A DNA stretch of 64,000 nucleotides from NCBI GenBank assembly GCA_964019425.1, contig OZ025804.1:496001-560000 (forward strand), given 5' to 3'. The notes under the pieces were generated by a model. That model was not told the origin of the DNA. It did not search any database and saw nothing but the letters and a program-made list of their open reading frames with translations. Positions 45,384 through 56,258 of the stretch are shown piece after piece (within the stretch, counting starts at the first letter, position 1; the number at the start of each line of letters is the position of its first letter). The DNA is from Flectonema sp. DT1601. Taxonomy: Eukaryota. The position numbers and the translations under genes are program-made.

Positions 45384-45730
45384 CCGAATTCTGTTTTTTT
45401 TGGGGGGAAAATAGTTTTTAACGAACGCATTCAGTTTTTGTCTTACACAACAGTCGAAAGTATTGATGTACCTGCAAGAGAGAATAAAGTGTTCTAAGTA
45501 ACAGTAAGCCATCTACCTGAAATTCAACCTCACAGGGGTACATCGACACAAAGCCATGACCCGTGACTTATCACAGTTGTGCAGTCAGAAGTTTGTAAGT
45601 GGGAGAAGGAAGGAGCAGTGGTAAAGGCTAGGGAGTGCTCTGACTGGAGGGAGAGATCATCCGGAAAGAAATTCTAGATGCTAAGAAAGAAGGAAAAAAA
45701 GTGGAAATAATCAAAAACTAAATAGTGCCG

Positions 45731-46753
45731 TTATTTTATTTTACGAACTGTTTTCTTAACACGCGGTTTAGTAGGCGGCTCTTTGTCTTCTCGCGCCATA
45801 ATTGCCAGAGCCGCAGTTACTCTGTCGGTGTAGAATTTGAATGCCTTTTTCCAAACTGGTTCCTTCATCATGATTGAAGATAATTGTTTGTATCGTTCAA
45901 CGGGATCGAAAGCTACGGCAAGTTGCAGTTTTTTAAGGCAGACAGGACAGAGGTAGGGAGGCTTACGACAGGACTCAGAACTAGAATTCGAACCGTTCAT
46001 CATACAGTTGTAATAGATACAATGTTTTATACCAAACATGTGACAGATCTCATGAGCCATAACCCTACAGCTTCTGTAGTGCAGCATCGACTTGTTAGAA
46101 ACAATCGTTTCGAGTTCTGTTTCTGAACAGCTGCTTTCTTCTTCACCAGACTCAGTATCGTCATCACAAAAGTTTGGATCGTATCTTGCAAATGAGAAGA
46201 CACCAACTCGGTTGCTTACGGATGCTAAACCAAAACAGAAATTCCACCCTTCACGTGGATAGATGTCTTCTTTTGATATTCCAATCATACAGTAGGCGTC
46301 AGATGGTATTAAGGATATCAATTTTTTCAACATTTGACCAGCATTGTACTGAAATTGACCAGTGTAAGGATTACTTCTTGATGATACTTCCAGTTTTGAT
46401 GCTGATTTGGCTGGGAGAACCTTCACAACCATTCCTTTGAAGAACGCAGAACAATAGTTCTGAAGATATGACAGAAACTTTTCATCCATATCACCAGAGA
46501 AAGGAAGGATGTAGATTACTGACCTCTTCTTGTCAACTTTATTACGTAAACATGTTTTAAATTGATCAAACGTCTGTCCTTTTTCGGTATGCTCTTCTAA
46601 CCAATCTCCATATTTTGGTTCCCTCATTGGTTCCCAATATCTGTCAGCATTCTGCACACAGTTGTCAAGGTTACCTTTAGTGGGCTTTCCAAAAGCTTCT
46701 TTTCGCTCTGATGCATTCGGGACGGTGAAGCTTAGTTTGCGTGTCTTCGGCAT
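45731..46753 (-). CDS. AMZ2: Archaemetzincin (peptidase M54) zinc metalloprotease
   Basis: HEICHMFGIKHCIYYNCMMNGSN..LCPVCLKKL, DIYPREGWNFCFGLA, GVFSFARY. Confidence 0.9.
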   Translation of the reverse strand: MPKTRKLSFTVPNASERKEAFGKPTKGNLDNCVQNADRYWEPMREPKYGDWLEEHTEKGQTFDQFKTCLRNKVDKKRSVIYILPFSGDMDEKFLSYLQNYCSAFFKGMVVKVLPAKSASKLEVSSRSNPYTGQFQYNAGQMLKKLISLIPSDAYCMIGISKEDIYPREGWNFCFGLASVSNRVGVFSFARYDPNFCDDDTESGEEESSCSETELETIVSNKSMLHYRSCRVMAHEICHMFGIKHCIYYNCMMNGSNSSSESCRKPPYLCPVCLKKLQLAVAFDPVERYKQLSSIMMKEPVWKKAFKFYTDRVTAALAIMAREDKEPPTKPRVKKTVRKIK

Positions 46754-47178
46754 AGTACTATATGAACTGAACAACAATAAGATGATATAATTAAACTAAC
46801 AAAAACAAAACGGAGCTCAGCGATGTTGTCAAACTACCACAGGGAGATAGCTTACATATTTGTGTGTCATTTTTTGGACAGAAAGGGGAGATAAATATGA
46901 AATTTAAAGAACAAAGTGAAAGCAGCAGAATAGATAAATAGCAGCGATAGTGAGGTTTGACACTCTGCTGACCGAACGAGTTGATACCCTCGACACTTCA
47001 TAGAGGTTATCTTTCTTTAAAAGAGTGCGGATGGTTGGCGACAATAACAGAAAAGAAGGAAAAGAAGAAAACAGACAGCTGAAGATCGCTAAATCCTCAG
47101 CTGCGAACAGTAGCAGTCTGCGTAGGTCCGCTGCTGTGTATTAAAACTAGATCGGTATCCATGTAACGCATTGCTGTA

Positions 47179-48864
47179 CTAGCTGATTATGACTTCTGAC
47201 TCTGCAGTAGTTCGCTTTCTTTCATCCCATGACCACTCTTTTCGGATCACATCTCCAGTGAGGTCCCAATGAAAATGTCTTTGAAGAGTTGCTACTAATT
47301 CATTTCTATAAATCTCTTCAAAGAATTGTAATTGTGATCTTGTCACTACAGCTCTGAATCTAATATCAAACCCAGTTGACTTAACGCTGTCAATTCTTTC
47401 TGGTAGCATGTCTATTGGAAAAATGAAATCAACATGAGGCCAAGACCTCCATCCCAACCTATCTAAGAAGAGAGTAATCGGGCTATACTTTGCCATGTCT
47501 ATTCTGTACATATTTCCGTAAAGTATTAGTTCTTCTTCGTGTTGATGATTAGCCGATTGAATGTCAGCCTTACAGGCTGGGCAGGAACCCTGAGTGAAGA
47601 TTTCGTTACACTTTTCAGCAATATAAAGACAGCCAGTTTTGCCTGGTTGTTTGAAATTTTCTGAAACAGCAGCGTATTCTTTTGTGACATTTATTTTTAA
47701 ATTTTTAAGTTTATCTCCTTGGATTCGTCGTCTGCGAACACCAACTATCTGAGTGTGCACGTATTCTATTAATGAGTCTGTGTCTGCTTCAGAAGGTTCG
47801 ATAACACCACCAAGACTTCCAGAATTGGTGTAGGCCTGGATTCCTTTTCCCATGGAAACAAGTGCCCAGTCCAGTACAAAAGGATCACTTAACAATTGAA
47901 TCAAATCACTGTTACTAACAGCTTGAGTTTGTAACGCCACTAATGTTGGGTATGGGATGAACCCGCTGTTGTCACTTACTACTTTGTCTTGTTCCGCAGT
48001 GTTTGACGATTTTATGATTTTTGCTGCTTTTAGTAACGCTTTTGAAAACAATGCCACGATACATGGTGGAGAGTCGTCAACATGGAGGGGGGTTTGAACG
48101 GTTAAGGAGAACGAGTCTTGAGGATCCGACCCTTTTTCAATTTTAAACATTCGATTTTCAAAATGAGTTACAAAAGACTCGAGAGGGCTCTCTGCATTAA
48201 TAAGCGACTTGTTAATCTTTCTTATCCTCGTACCGGCGGATACATGAAACGGTAGTTGCTCAGTTTCTTCAACTTTTCGTCGTTTTTTTTCTTTTGAATA
48301 TCTCAAAGGTGACGACTCAGGTATTTGAGTAAAAACAGCACCACAGCTGGTGATGAAATTAATTTTACATTCCAAGTCTTTGTTGATGACCATTTCCTCC
48401 ATCTCAATCGCTGATGCGATGAAAGTAACATTTACAATAATTGGGCTCCTAGACGCCGCGTCTCTAATTGCCTCGGTAATTGCTCCAAAATGGTCCTCAA
48501 CAATACCTCCGCAGGGAACTTCATTTCCATTCCATTCAAGCTTATGAAGCGTCGGTCTGCTTTTTAAAAATTGATCGGTGTCAACTCCCATCTGTGCGAG
48601 TGCTCTTTTCACTGATGATTTTGCAGAAAAACTCTTTATGGTTCCTTTCTTATCAAACATTGGCACGATGCCAAACTTAGCACTGCTGGGACTGAATCGG
48701 ACGGGTACCTGTTTTTTTTTTTTTTTTTTTGATTAATTTATTGTAAAGGTTTGAATCACAAAACATCATAAAACACAAACCTTTAATTTATATCGGTATT
48801 GAAGTTGGTACCTCCTCAGCTCCAACTCATTCTTGAGTTCGGCAGGAAGGTCCGTCCACTGCAT
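47179..48864 (-). CDS. Hypothetical protein, two exons (48864-48781 and 48708-47179)
   Basis: Exon 1 MQWTDLPAELK..YKLK joins in frame across a 72-nt GT..AG intron (48780-48709) to VPVRF..MFDKK. Confidence 0.8.
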
Positions 48865-49213
48865 TTCGTTCCCCCTCCTTTTTCTTTTAAATTTCTTTTT
48901 TTTTTTTTTTTTTTCTTTGGATAACCTTCTGCGGGTGGAAAATAATTGTTAAAAAGTAAGTCGTGTCACGTATACATCACGAATAGCTATTGGAACTGTA
49001 TTGTAAAATACTAATTGCGTTGCAGCTGACGGGATGGCGGAGGTTGATTTTACATATCTGATGAACCTGTTTAGTAAAGTTAGAAATCAATGCAAGGTTT
49101 AAAAAACAAAAGACAGGAGAAAAAAAAAAAGAAGGGAAAAAAAAAACCAAACAGGGAGACCTTTTCCATTCCCTTTTCCCTGAAGATGAGAGATTGTACG
49201 CCGTACATGAAGA

Positions 49214-51313
49214 CTACTTTTGCTGAGGTGCAGCAACTTCGTATTCAGCAGTCGAGTTGTTATGGGATTCATTAAACGAGTAGGCAGATTTCCCCCAAAT
49301 TATATCTTTTTCATTGTCTTTATTAGTGTTTATGTTATTCATGTTGCTACCAGACCTTGACTCTCTTCCTCGAGACATTATCGACTGTAGAGCCATTTCA
49401 TCAACAGGGGTGTCAGTTGGTTGAGAAGAACTCCGTTTGTGTTTCAAAGCCTCCGTTATTTTTAGATGAGTAGAATCTGTTTTTGAAGATTCATCGTCGT
49501 GTTCTTCTTCTTCAGGTGAGGTTGTTTGTTCAATAAAATAAAGAGGATCTTGTGAAGTTTGAGGGATAAGTGGTTGGCCTTCAGTTAACTTGCCCTTCGG
49601 CTGGATAGTCTTGTCACCTCTTGCCCATGAAATGTCGCGTTCTGTTTGTTTAAAGTCTTTAATTTTATTTTTAGCAGCAGTAATGAGCTTCTGATCTCCA
49701 GACTCAATAGCAGAGGTCTCTTCTGCTGTAAGTCTAGTAATGGTTTCACGGATTCGGTCTTGTCTTGCAGTGATGTACTCTTCTTGACCAAAACTGTCTT
49801 CTAAAAGTTCCCGTCGTTCAACTTCATCATCTTGCAGTATGAGATTAGGAACGTCTACTTCAGTCTTATCGCATAGTAATCCATACGGTCGCATCCCTGT
49901 TGGAATCTGATTGAATGTTTCCTTATTAATATCTTTGTCTAAGTGAGGAGCAATATAATTCTTAAAAGGTTGGTATTTGCTAGTGTCAGCTGGGTCGATT
50001 CCATGAGCAATTAAATAGTTTTCCTGACACCCATATTTCAACAACCACGCGGGTTTATCAATGTCGTCTTGAATGAGAGGGTTTGGTTTGTATCCAGGAA
50101 ATAGTTTTAATGAAGGTATGTTGTGTCCACCGTCAACAGAGTCGTGACCGTATGGGTTGGTTCGGTCTCGTGACACAATCTGATGTCGTTTCCCGACATC
50201 CAACAATTTCGGAGGAGCAAAGTCTACTGGAAGCGGATTATTAAATTTCACATCAATAAAATGACGAACGTCATCTCCGGAGAGCGATTTTGGAAATTTC
50301 GTTGGCATATCATAACGTTGTGGGAGTTGCTGTAAAGCTTCTTCCTCAGCTGTTAACAATCCTCGTTGTTTCAGTAAATTAAAAGGTGGTGGTGAAGGGT
50401 ATCTCCACTTTTCTTCAATTCCCAGGATTTCTTTTCTAATATGAGCTGATATCGAAACTATACCCTCACCACTCGCCAACTTCACAGTAGTCAGCATACC
50501 AACTACTCTTCCGTCTCGAAGTACTGGTGCTCCAGATATTCCAGGTTCAAAATCATCATCAATCTCGACAAAAAAAACTCCTGCCTCGGGAATCGAACTT
50601 GTTGATGTTACACGACACTTAATGACTAAGGGTATCATTCTTGGTGTGACATCTTCGATGTCGCTGTATTTATGTCCGTGGATCATAAGCTGTTCGCCTT
50701 CAGCAACTGGTCGGCAGTCGAAAGCCATCATTTGAATATGAAAAGGGAACTGGACAGCATCATCGTGAGAATCTTTCTTTTCCAAATCTTCGAAATTCTT
50801 CATAAGACAATTCTTACTATCACTGTGAGTCAAGTGACACACTGCGATATTTAATGGCTTATCAGGATGGCAATACGTCTCATTGACATCACATGAGAAG
50901 TTAGCACAAGACTGTAAACCGTCAAAAGTTGAAGTACTGACCTCAGGAGTGAAGTCGTGTTCTCCGAAATACTGTAGCGATTCATCTTCTGGAAACATTT
51001 CTTGATAATTATAAGGTTGGATATTATGATTACTTGTTATGATGTGAAAGAGTGGCGATGATAACTTTCTCCTTCCGATGTGTGGAACTGCGAACCAACT
51101 TCCATAAGTCATAGCTTCTCCTCTTGATTGCCAAGGTAGTCTTCCGTAATTTACGAGAACACCTGAATAGTGTCTCCACCTTTTTGAGTAGCCATCAAAT
51201 TTCTTTTTTAACGTCGTATTTCTGATGTATTCATGATTACCATCTGACACTATAATACTTCCTTTAAAGGGTGTGATGTTGGAGCTGAGGAGTCCCCGAG
51301 ATCTGATAAACAT
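49214..51313 (-). CDS. Trypsin-like serine peptidase domain protein, possibly mitochondrial
   Basis: IITSNHNI (His motif) and PGISGAPVLRDGRVVGM (Ser motif); MFIRSRGLLS presequence-like N-terminus. Confidence 0.7.
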   Translation of the reverse strand: MFIRSRGLLSSNITPFKGSIIVSDGNHEYIRNTTLKKKFDGYSKRWRHYSGVLVNYGRLPWQSRGEAMTYGSWFAVPHIGRRKLSSPLFHIITSNHNIQPYNYQEMFPEDESLQYFGEHDFTPEVSTSTFDGLQSCANFSCDVNETYCHPDKPLNIAVCHLTHSDSKNCLMKNFEDLEKKDSHDDAVQFPFHIQMMAFDCRPVAEGEQLMIHGHKYSDIEDVTPRMIPLVIKCRVTSTSSIPEAGVFFVEIDDDFEPGISGAPVLRDGRVVGMLTTVKLASGEGIVSISAHIRKEILGIEEKWRYPSPPPFNLLKQRGLLTAEEEALQQLPQRYDMPTKFPKSLSGDDVRHFIDVKFNNPLPVDFAPPKLLDVGKRHQIVSRDRTNPYGHDSVDGGHNIPSLKLFPGYKPNPLIQDDIDKPAWLLKYGCQENYLIAHGIDPADTSKYQPFKNYIAPHLDKDINKETFNQIPTGMRPYGLLCDKTEVDVPNLILQDDEVERRELLEDSFGQEEYITARQDRIRETITRLTAEETSAIESGDQKLITAAKNKIKDFKQTERDISWARGDKTIQPKGKLTEGQPLIPQTSQDPLYFIEQTTSPEEEEHDDESSKTDSTHLKITEALKHKRSSSQPTDTPVDEMALQSIMSRGRESRSGSNMNNINTNKDNEKDIIWGKSAYSFNESHNNSTAEYEVAAPQQK

Positions 51314-51384
51314 TTTATTTATTTTTCTCTTTAACTGTGTGAATATGAATTAGTAAAATACAAAATAACATTGTTACGAGGAAA

Positions 51385-51424
<40 letters not shown>

Positions 51425-52763
51425 GGGTCGGTTGATCGTAAACGATTTTCTTTTTTATCTCATTCAAAACTGATGTCATATTTGGGGAATCGATATTTTC
51501 TTGTCCTCCCTTCTTCATCCTTCACGATAGATCACTTTTTTTTTTTTTTTTTTAAAGGCACACCTCCCCCTACCCAGTAACACAGTTCACTCTGGAAAAA
51601 AGGAAAAAAAAAAAAAACACAAAACAGAATAATTAACCAGAGGAAGAATTTAAAAAAAAGAAAACAAAAAAGAATTGGCTTTTTAACTTAAAACCATACA
51701 GAAAGAAAATAATAATATAACACTTTGTTGATGTTTTGCTTGTGTCACGAAACTGTGAACCGATTTAAACTGATAAAGGTGAAGGTGCTGCCTAACACTT
51801 TTTTTTTCGCTCTTACAATACTAGTAGTTAAATGCAAAAGAAAAAGAAAAGGATAAAGAGAAGAAAAAAAACACACTAAATAATCCTGTTGTGTAGACGT
51901 GTATACAACCACAGTCCATAACAACCACTCAAACAGTCGATTAGTAGATGAAGATGAAGGGGCGAAGTGATATTTAATTTATTTTTATTATTATTTTTTT
52001 GTCTCCCTCGATAATAAACCAGGCAAACAATGATAAGAAGAAAATAGAACAGAGATAGAAATGGCGACATAATACAAATCAACTTAAGTACGAAGGCACG
52101 AAGAGCTTCGAAGAGCTGGTTTCTTTTTTTTTTTTTTTTTTTTCAGAAATTGTCTGAAGTACAGAAGCTTTAGCAAGTCCAGAACTGATGACCGCAGGAG
52201 GGGTTTGGGTACACCCACCTTTTGTGTGCAAATAATCAAGCATAGGATTGCTGGAAAAAATTGGTCGAACTCCACTTGCAGAAAAATTACACAGAAAAAG
52301 AAAACGTCTTAAACGAGTAAGCACGTAATGACATGAAATAAAAAGCCTCCCCTAACATCCCTCAGCGAATGATTGCAGAAAACTGTTTGCACCTCATGCT
52401 GAAGAACTACAAGATTCTCAAACACGAGTTACACAGAGAGCTAACAAAAAGAAATAAAGAGATGGGCATGTCGCCACACCATAGCTTCGAATGAGAGCAT
52501 TGACTAAGACAAGGAACAAACTAACTGGAATAACTTGACTTCTTTTTATTTATTTATTTTTTTCTCTTGAGAAAATCAAAAAAAAAAAACAAAAAAAAAG
52601 AGAGTCAAGGAAGAATCTGTTTATCTTCTTCTTTTTCTTAAACTAAACACACGTAACTTGAGACCTTGGAAGGTTTGTCTCCGTCACGAGGCAGGTAAAA
52701 AAAAAAAAAAAAAAAAGGATCCGGAGAACGAACTTTTTTTTTCCCCCCCTTACTTTTTTCTTT

Positions 52764-53969
52764 TTAAAAATGATCTCCATTTCCAACGCTGTGCTCAACT
52801 GTCGTATCATCAGCATGTTCGAGAGACATGTTGTGATATTTGTTAAGAAAGTCATCAATAGAGATGTAGCAGCCTTGGAGGTGTCGGTGTCCACCACCAA
52901 GTGTGAATGATTCTCTACCATGAAGAAGACGTCTGTTGTTAAAGATAACAACCTCACCTTCTGATAATCTAAAGCGGTATCCGTATTCACGAGTAGTGTT
53001 GGTATCTTCTATTATTTTAGCGAATGTGTTGTATGCTTCGTAGTAACCTGCGTGTTCTTCAAAAGGGGCTTCTAAATTGCCTTCGAAAGGAGGACTCCAG
53101 AAGACACCAATTACTTCACCAGCAGAGTTTGTTGATATGTGAGGACGTCTGTAAAAGAACTGTGCCGGGTTGTCTCTTTCAAGATGATCTTTTTGAAATT
53201 TTGCGCTGACTCTACAGAGAGTCTCAAAGTGTTGTGGATGGTCTCTTCGAAGCAGCTCTGCTGCAGCATGCGCATCAACGAAGTTTGATATTCCTCCTTC
53301 AACTTCTTTACTGAATTTCCTACAATGAAGCAACTGCATCCCCGGAGGCGATTCATAATAAGGTAAGTCCATGTGGTATGCTAATCTCTCACCAGTATAA
53401 GCGATATTAATAGGATCTGGTGTAGCCTTAACATCAAATGGAGTCACATACAATGTTTGCATCAGAGGTCCAATCATCTGCGCAATATCACAACAGATTC
53501 CTTCTTCATCAGGCGCACCTTCGATAATTGCTACGCCATCTGTGTTCGTTGATTGGAGAAGATTCCAAAGAGCCTTCTGATTACCTGATCTTAATTCATT
53601 ATAGCTAATCTTCGATGGAGGATCCGTTCTTTTTCTAAGAGGATGCCTGGCAGTTGTGTTTCTTTGCTTTACCTCTTTAGTGTGTTTTGACAACATGCTA
53701 AGTTCCAATTTTGTGACGTGTCCATCCTCGAATTCAATACTAAGCTCATTATCAGATACGTCAGCATTCTTAATTAAAGTAGTTCCCAAATCCTGACTAT
53801 TTATGATCATTTGACTCGTAGCATGCCGACATGAACTGCACGCAAGTCTCAACCAGGTGCTGTAAAATGAATTTTCTTTTCCATTCATCGTCAGTTTTAG
53901 TTCCTTTCCGGCATCAGCAACCACAGCAGTGCTGTTCCACCTGCGGGATATTAGTCGCCGCAGCATCAT
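52764..53969 (-). CDS. BBOX1: Gamma-butyrobetaine dioxygenase-like (TauD/TfdA 2OG-Fe(II)) enzyme with mitochondrial presequence
   Basis: WLRLACSSC N-domain, HMDLPYYESPPGMQLLHC, FNNRRLLHGR. Confidence 0.88.
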   Translation of the reverse strand: MMLRRLISRRWNSTAVVADAGKELKLTMNGKENSFYSTWLRLACSSCRHATSQMIINSQDLGTTLIKNADVSDNELSIEFEDGHVTKLELSMLSKHTKEVKQRNTTARHPLRKRTDPPSKISYNELRSGNQKALWNLLQSTNTDGVAIIEGAPDEEGICCDIAQMIGPLMQTLYVTPFDVKATPDPINIAYTGERLAYHMDLPYYESPPGMQLLHCRKFSKEVEGGISNFVDAHAAAELLRRDHPQHFETLCRVSAKFQKDHLERDNPAQFFYRRPHISTNSAGEVIGVFWSPPFEGNLEAPFEEHAGYYEAYNTFAKIIEDTNTTREYGYRFRLSEGEVVIFNNRRLLHGRESFTLGGGHRHLQGCYISIDDFLNKYHNMSLEHADDTTVEHSVGNGDHF

Positions 53970-54790
53970 TTTTATTTTTATTTTATTTGAGATAGCTGTT
54001 TTTGTGAGAAGAATACGTGATAAAAGAGTAACAACTCTCTTTTAGTAGTCATATTGGTTGCATTTGATATCACTTTTGTGAAAATATTTGTGAAGGTATC
54101 TCGAAAACAGACTTCGCTTTCCAAAATTGAACAGCAATTCACTGGATGTCTGAACCTTTCAGATTCCCTGATATTTACGGATGCTACCTCCTTTTTTTTA
54201 TTTCCTTTTTTGTTTTTATTTCTCTTTTTTTTTTTCCTTATTGATTTTTTTATTTTTTTTCTTACTTTTCTTCTCCACCTTTTTTTTTCTTTCTCCCTCC
54301 CTTTTCTACACAGCTACAGGTAAGTTTTAAAGTGGTTAGAAAAAAAAAAAAGAAGAAAAAAAAAAAAGGGAGGGCACCAACTCAACACCTGCTGCGAAGA
54401 TGTTATCTTACACGATAAACTAATTTTCGAGGTGAAAAAAAAAAAACACATGAATAATAACGCAATCTTTTGTGCAAAAAAAAAAAAAATAAATAAATAA
54501 AAGGGTTACCCTATTACCAACAACAACAAAATTAAAAATAGCGGATACGTAACGAGCGATGAGTAACACATGTCGTTTGTTTTTGCACAAAAACTATTAA
54601 ATTGGAATTCAAACTGACTAAACGAAGTCAACAAAAGGTATTTAATTGAGGAAGTGTTTAAGAGGACAGGTAGGTTTGATCTAATAAACAACTTTACCCG
54701 AAACTAGAACAGATGACTCAACTCGTTTTTGTTTACAAAAACGAGAATTTCTGAAAAAAAATTAAAACCAAAAAAAAAAAGAACACACTA

Positions 54791-55069
54791 TCAATCCGAA
54801 ATATCGAGACTCCCTAAACCAGTGTCAACTCTCGGGTCTAACAATTGAGGTCTGGCTTTGTACATCTGTTGAAGTGAGATTACTCTTTCCACAACGGCTA
54901 AGTCTTTAAGTCCTTGTTCGAACATAGACTTCGCAACCTCCTTATCGGCTATCTTCTTTGTAAAATCTTCTCTCGCTCTTCTGACGATGTATTGTTTGAT
55001 GTTATTGTCCGGCATTTTTGCTGCTCCTTTCATTAGACTTCTGAACAAAGTCTTCGCTTCAATTGACAT
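54791..55069 (-). CDS. LYRM4: LYR-motif protein, ISD11-like
   Basis: LFRSLMKGAAKMPDNNIKQYIVRRAREDF..L.V.ER..SL.QMY pattern; ATG follows an A-run. Confidence 0.75.
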   Translation of the reverse strand: MSIEAKTLFRSLMKGAAKMPDNNIKQYIVRRAREDFTKKIADKEVAKSMFEQGLKDLAVVERVISLQQMYKARPQLLDPRVDTGLGSLDISD

Positions 55070-55388
55070 TTTTTTTTTTTTTTTTTTTTGGTAGAAAGAT
55101 CTGTTAGGATGGGAAATGAAAAAGATTAGTAAAAAAAAAAAAACTGAATAAAAAATGCAGTTGTTTTGGTACAGTCATCACCCGTCAATACGACATTCTT
55201 ATTTGTTTTTTCTGGTTTTTTTTTTTTTTTTATTTTTATTTCGAATAATACGTGATGTGAGTTGAATACTTTAAGGCAACCACAATATAATAGCATTGCT
55301 GCATTACTCAACAGCTGAGGGTTAGACTGGTGCAGGTGACGCGGGGAATAAAAACTAATATTCGGGCTTTTTTGCGAGCAAAAAAAGC

Positions 55389-55423
<35 letters not shown>

Positions 55424-55741
55424 CCCCCTTCTCACAGTTTGGCCATGATCCTTAGAAACGAAGAACGTGAAGTTGGGCTCCCGGAAGAAAAAAAAAAATC
55501 CCATTCAGATTTAGCTAGCTGTTGAATGCAGGAAGAATCCTGTCGCACGTCGGTACAAAAAAAAAAGAGGGAAACAAGCGGTTGCTGCACTTGATGTGTT
55601 TTATGTTACAGGCGACGTGTTTGTTCTTCTCGATGACGGTTTCGTCTCCTTATCCAATGTTTGAGAAACTGGCTTTGAGGATATTTTCAGGAACCCCGAA
55701 AAAAAAAGACAAAAAAACAATTATCAATGACCAAACCGTAG

Positions 55742-55778
<37 letters not shown>

Positions 55779-56258
55779 TAGAAAAAATGAACTCCATCAG
55801 GCCACAATTAAAGGAAAAAAATAATTTTCATTATTGCGCCTGAGAACAATCACTACCAATGAAAGCCAGCAGTGCTTTTGAACACCAGCCTTGCCTAGGT
55901 AGGCTTTTCTTTTTTTTTTTTTTTTTCCAAAGCCTCAAATAAAGGAGTTCTCCAAAGAAAATACACACACGCACACGTGTTGTGGGATATGCGAAATTTA
56001 ATTAAAATGTGACTTGTGAATCAAGCCCAATTTATATTATTATTTTTAGATAATTCTGTTGTGCGTATGTTTTTTTTTTTTTTTTGACGAAGACAAACCA
56101 AACAAAACGGAAAATTTAAAAAAAAAAAAAAAGGGGGGAAGGAAAAAATTAACAAACAGGTGTATCACACAGTTAGAAAGTAGAAGAAATATTACAGAAC
56201 AACGTCATTTCATCACACAGATGACTTATTTAATACGAAAACAGAGAAGCAAATCATA

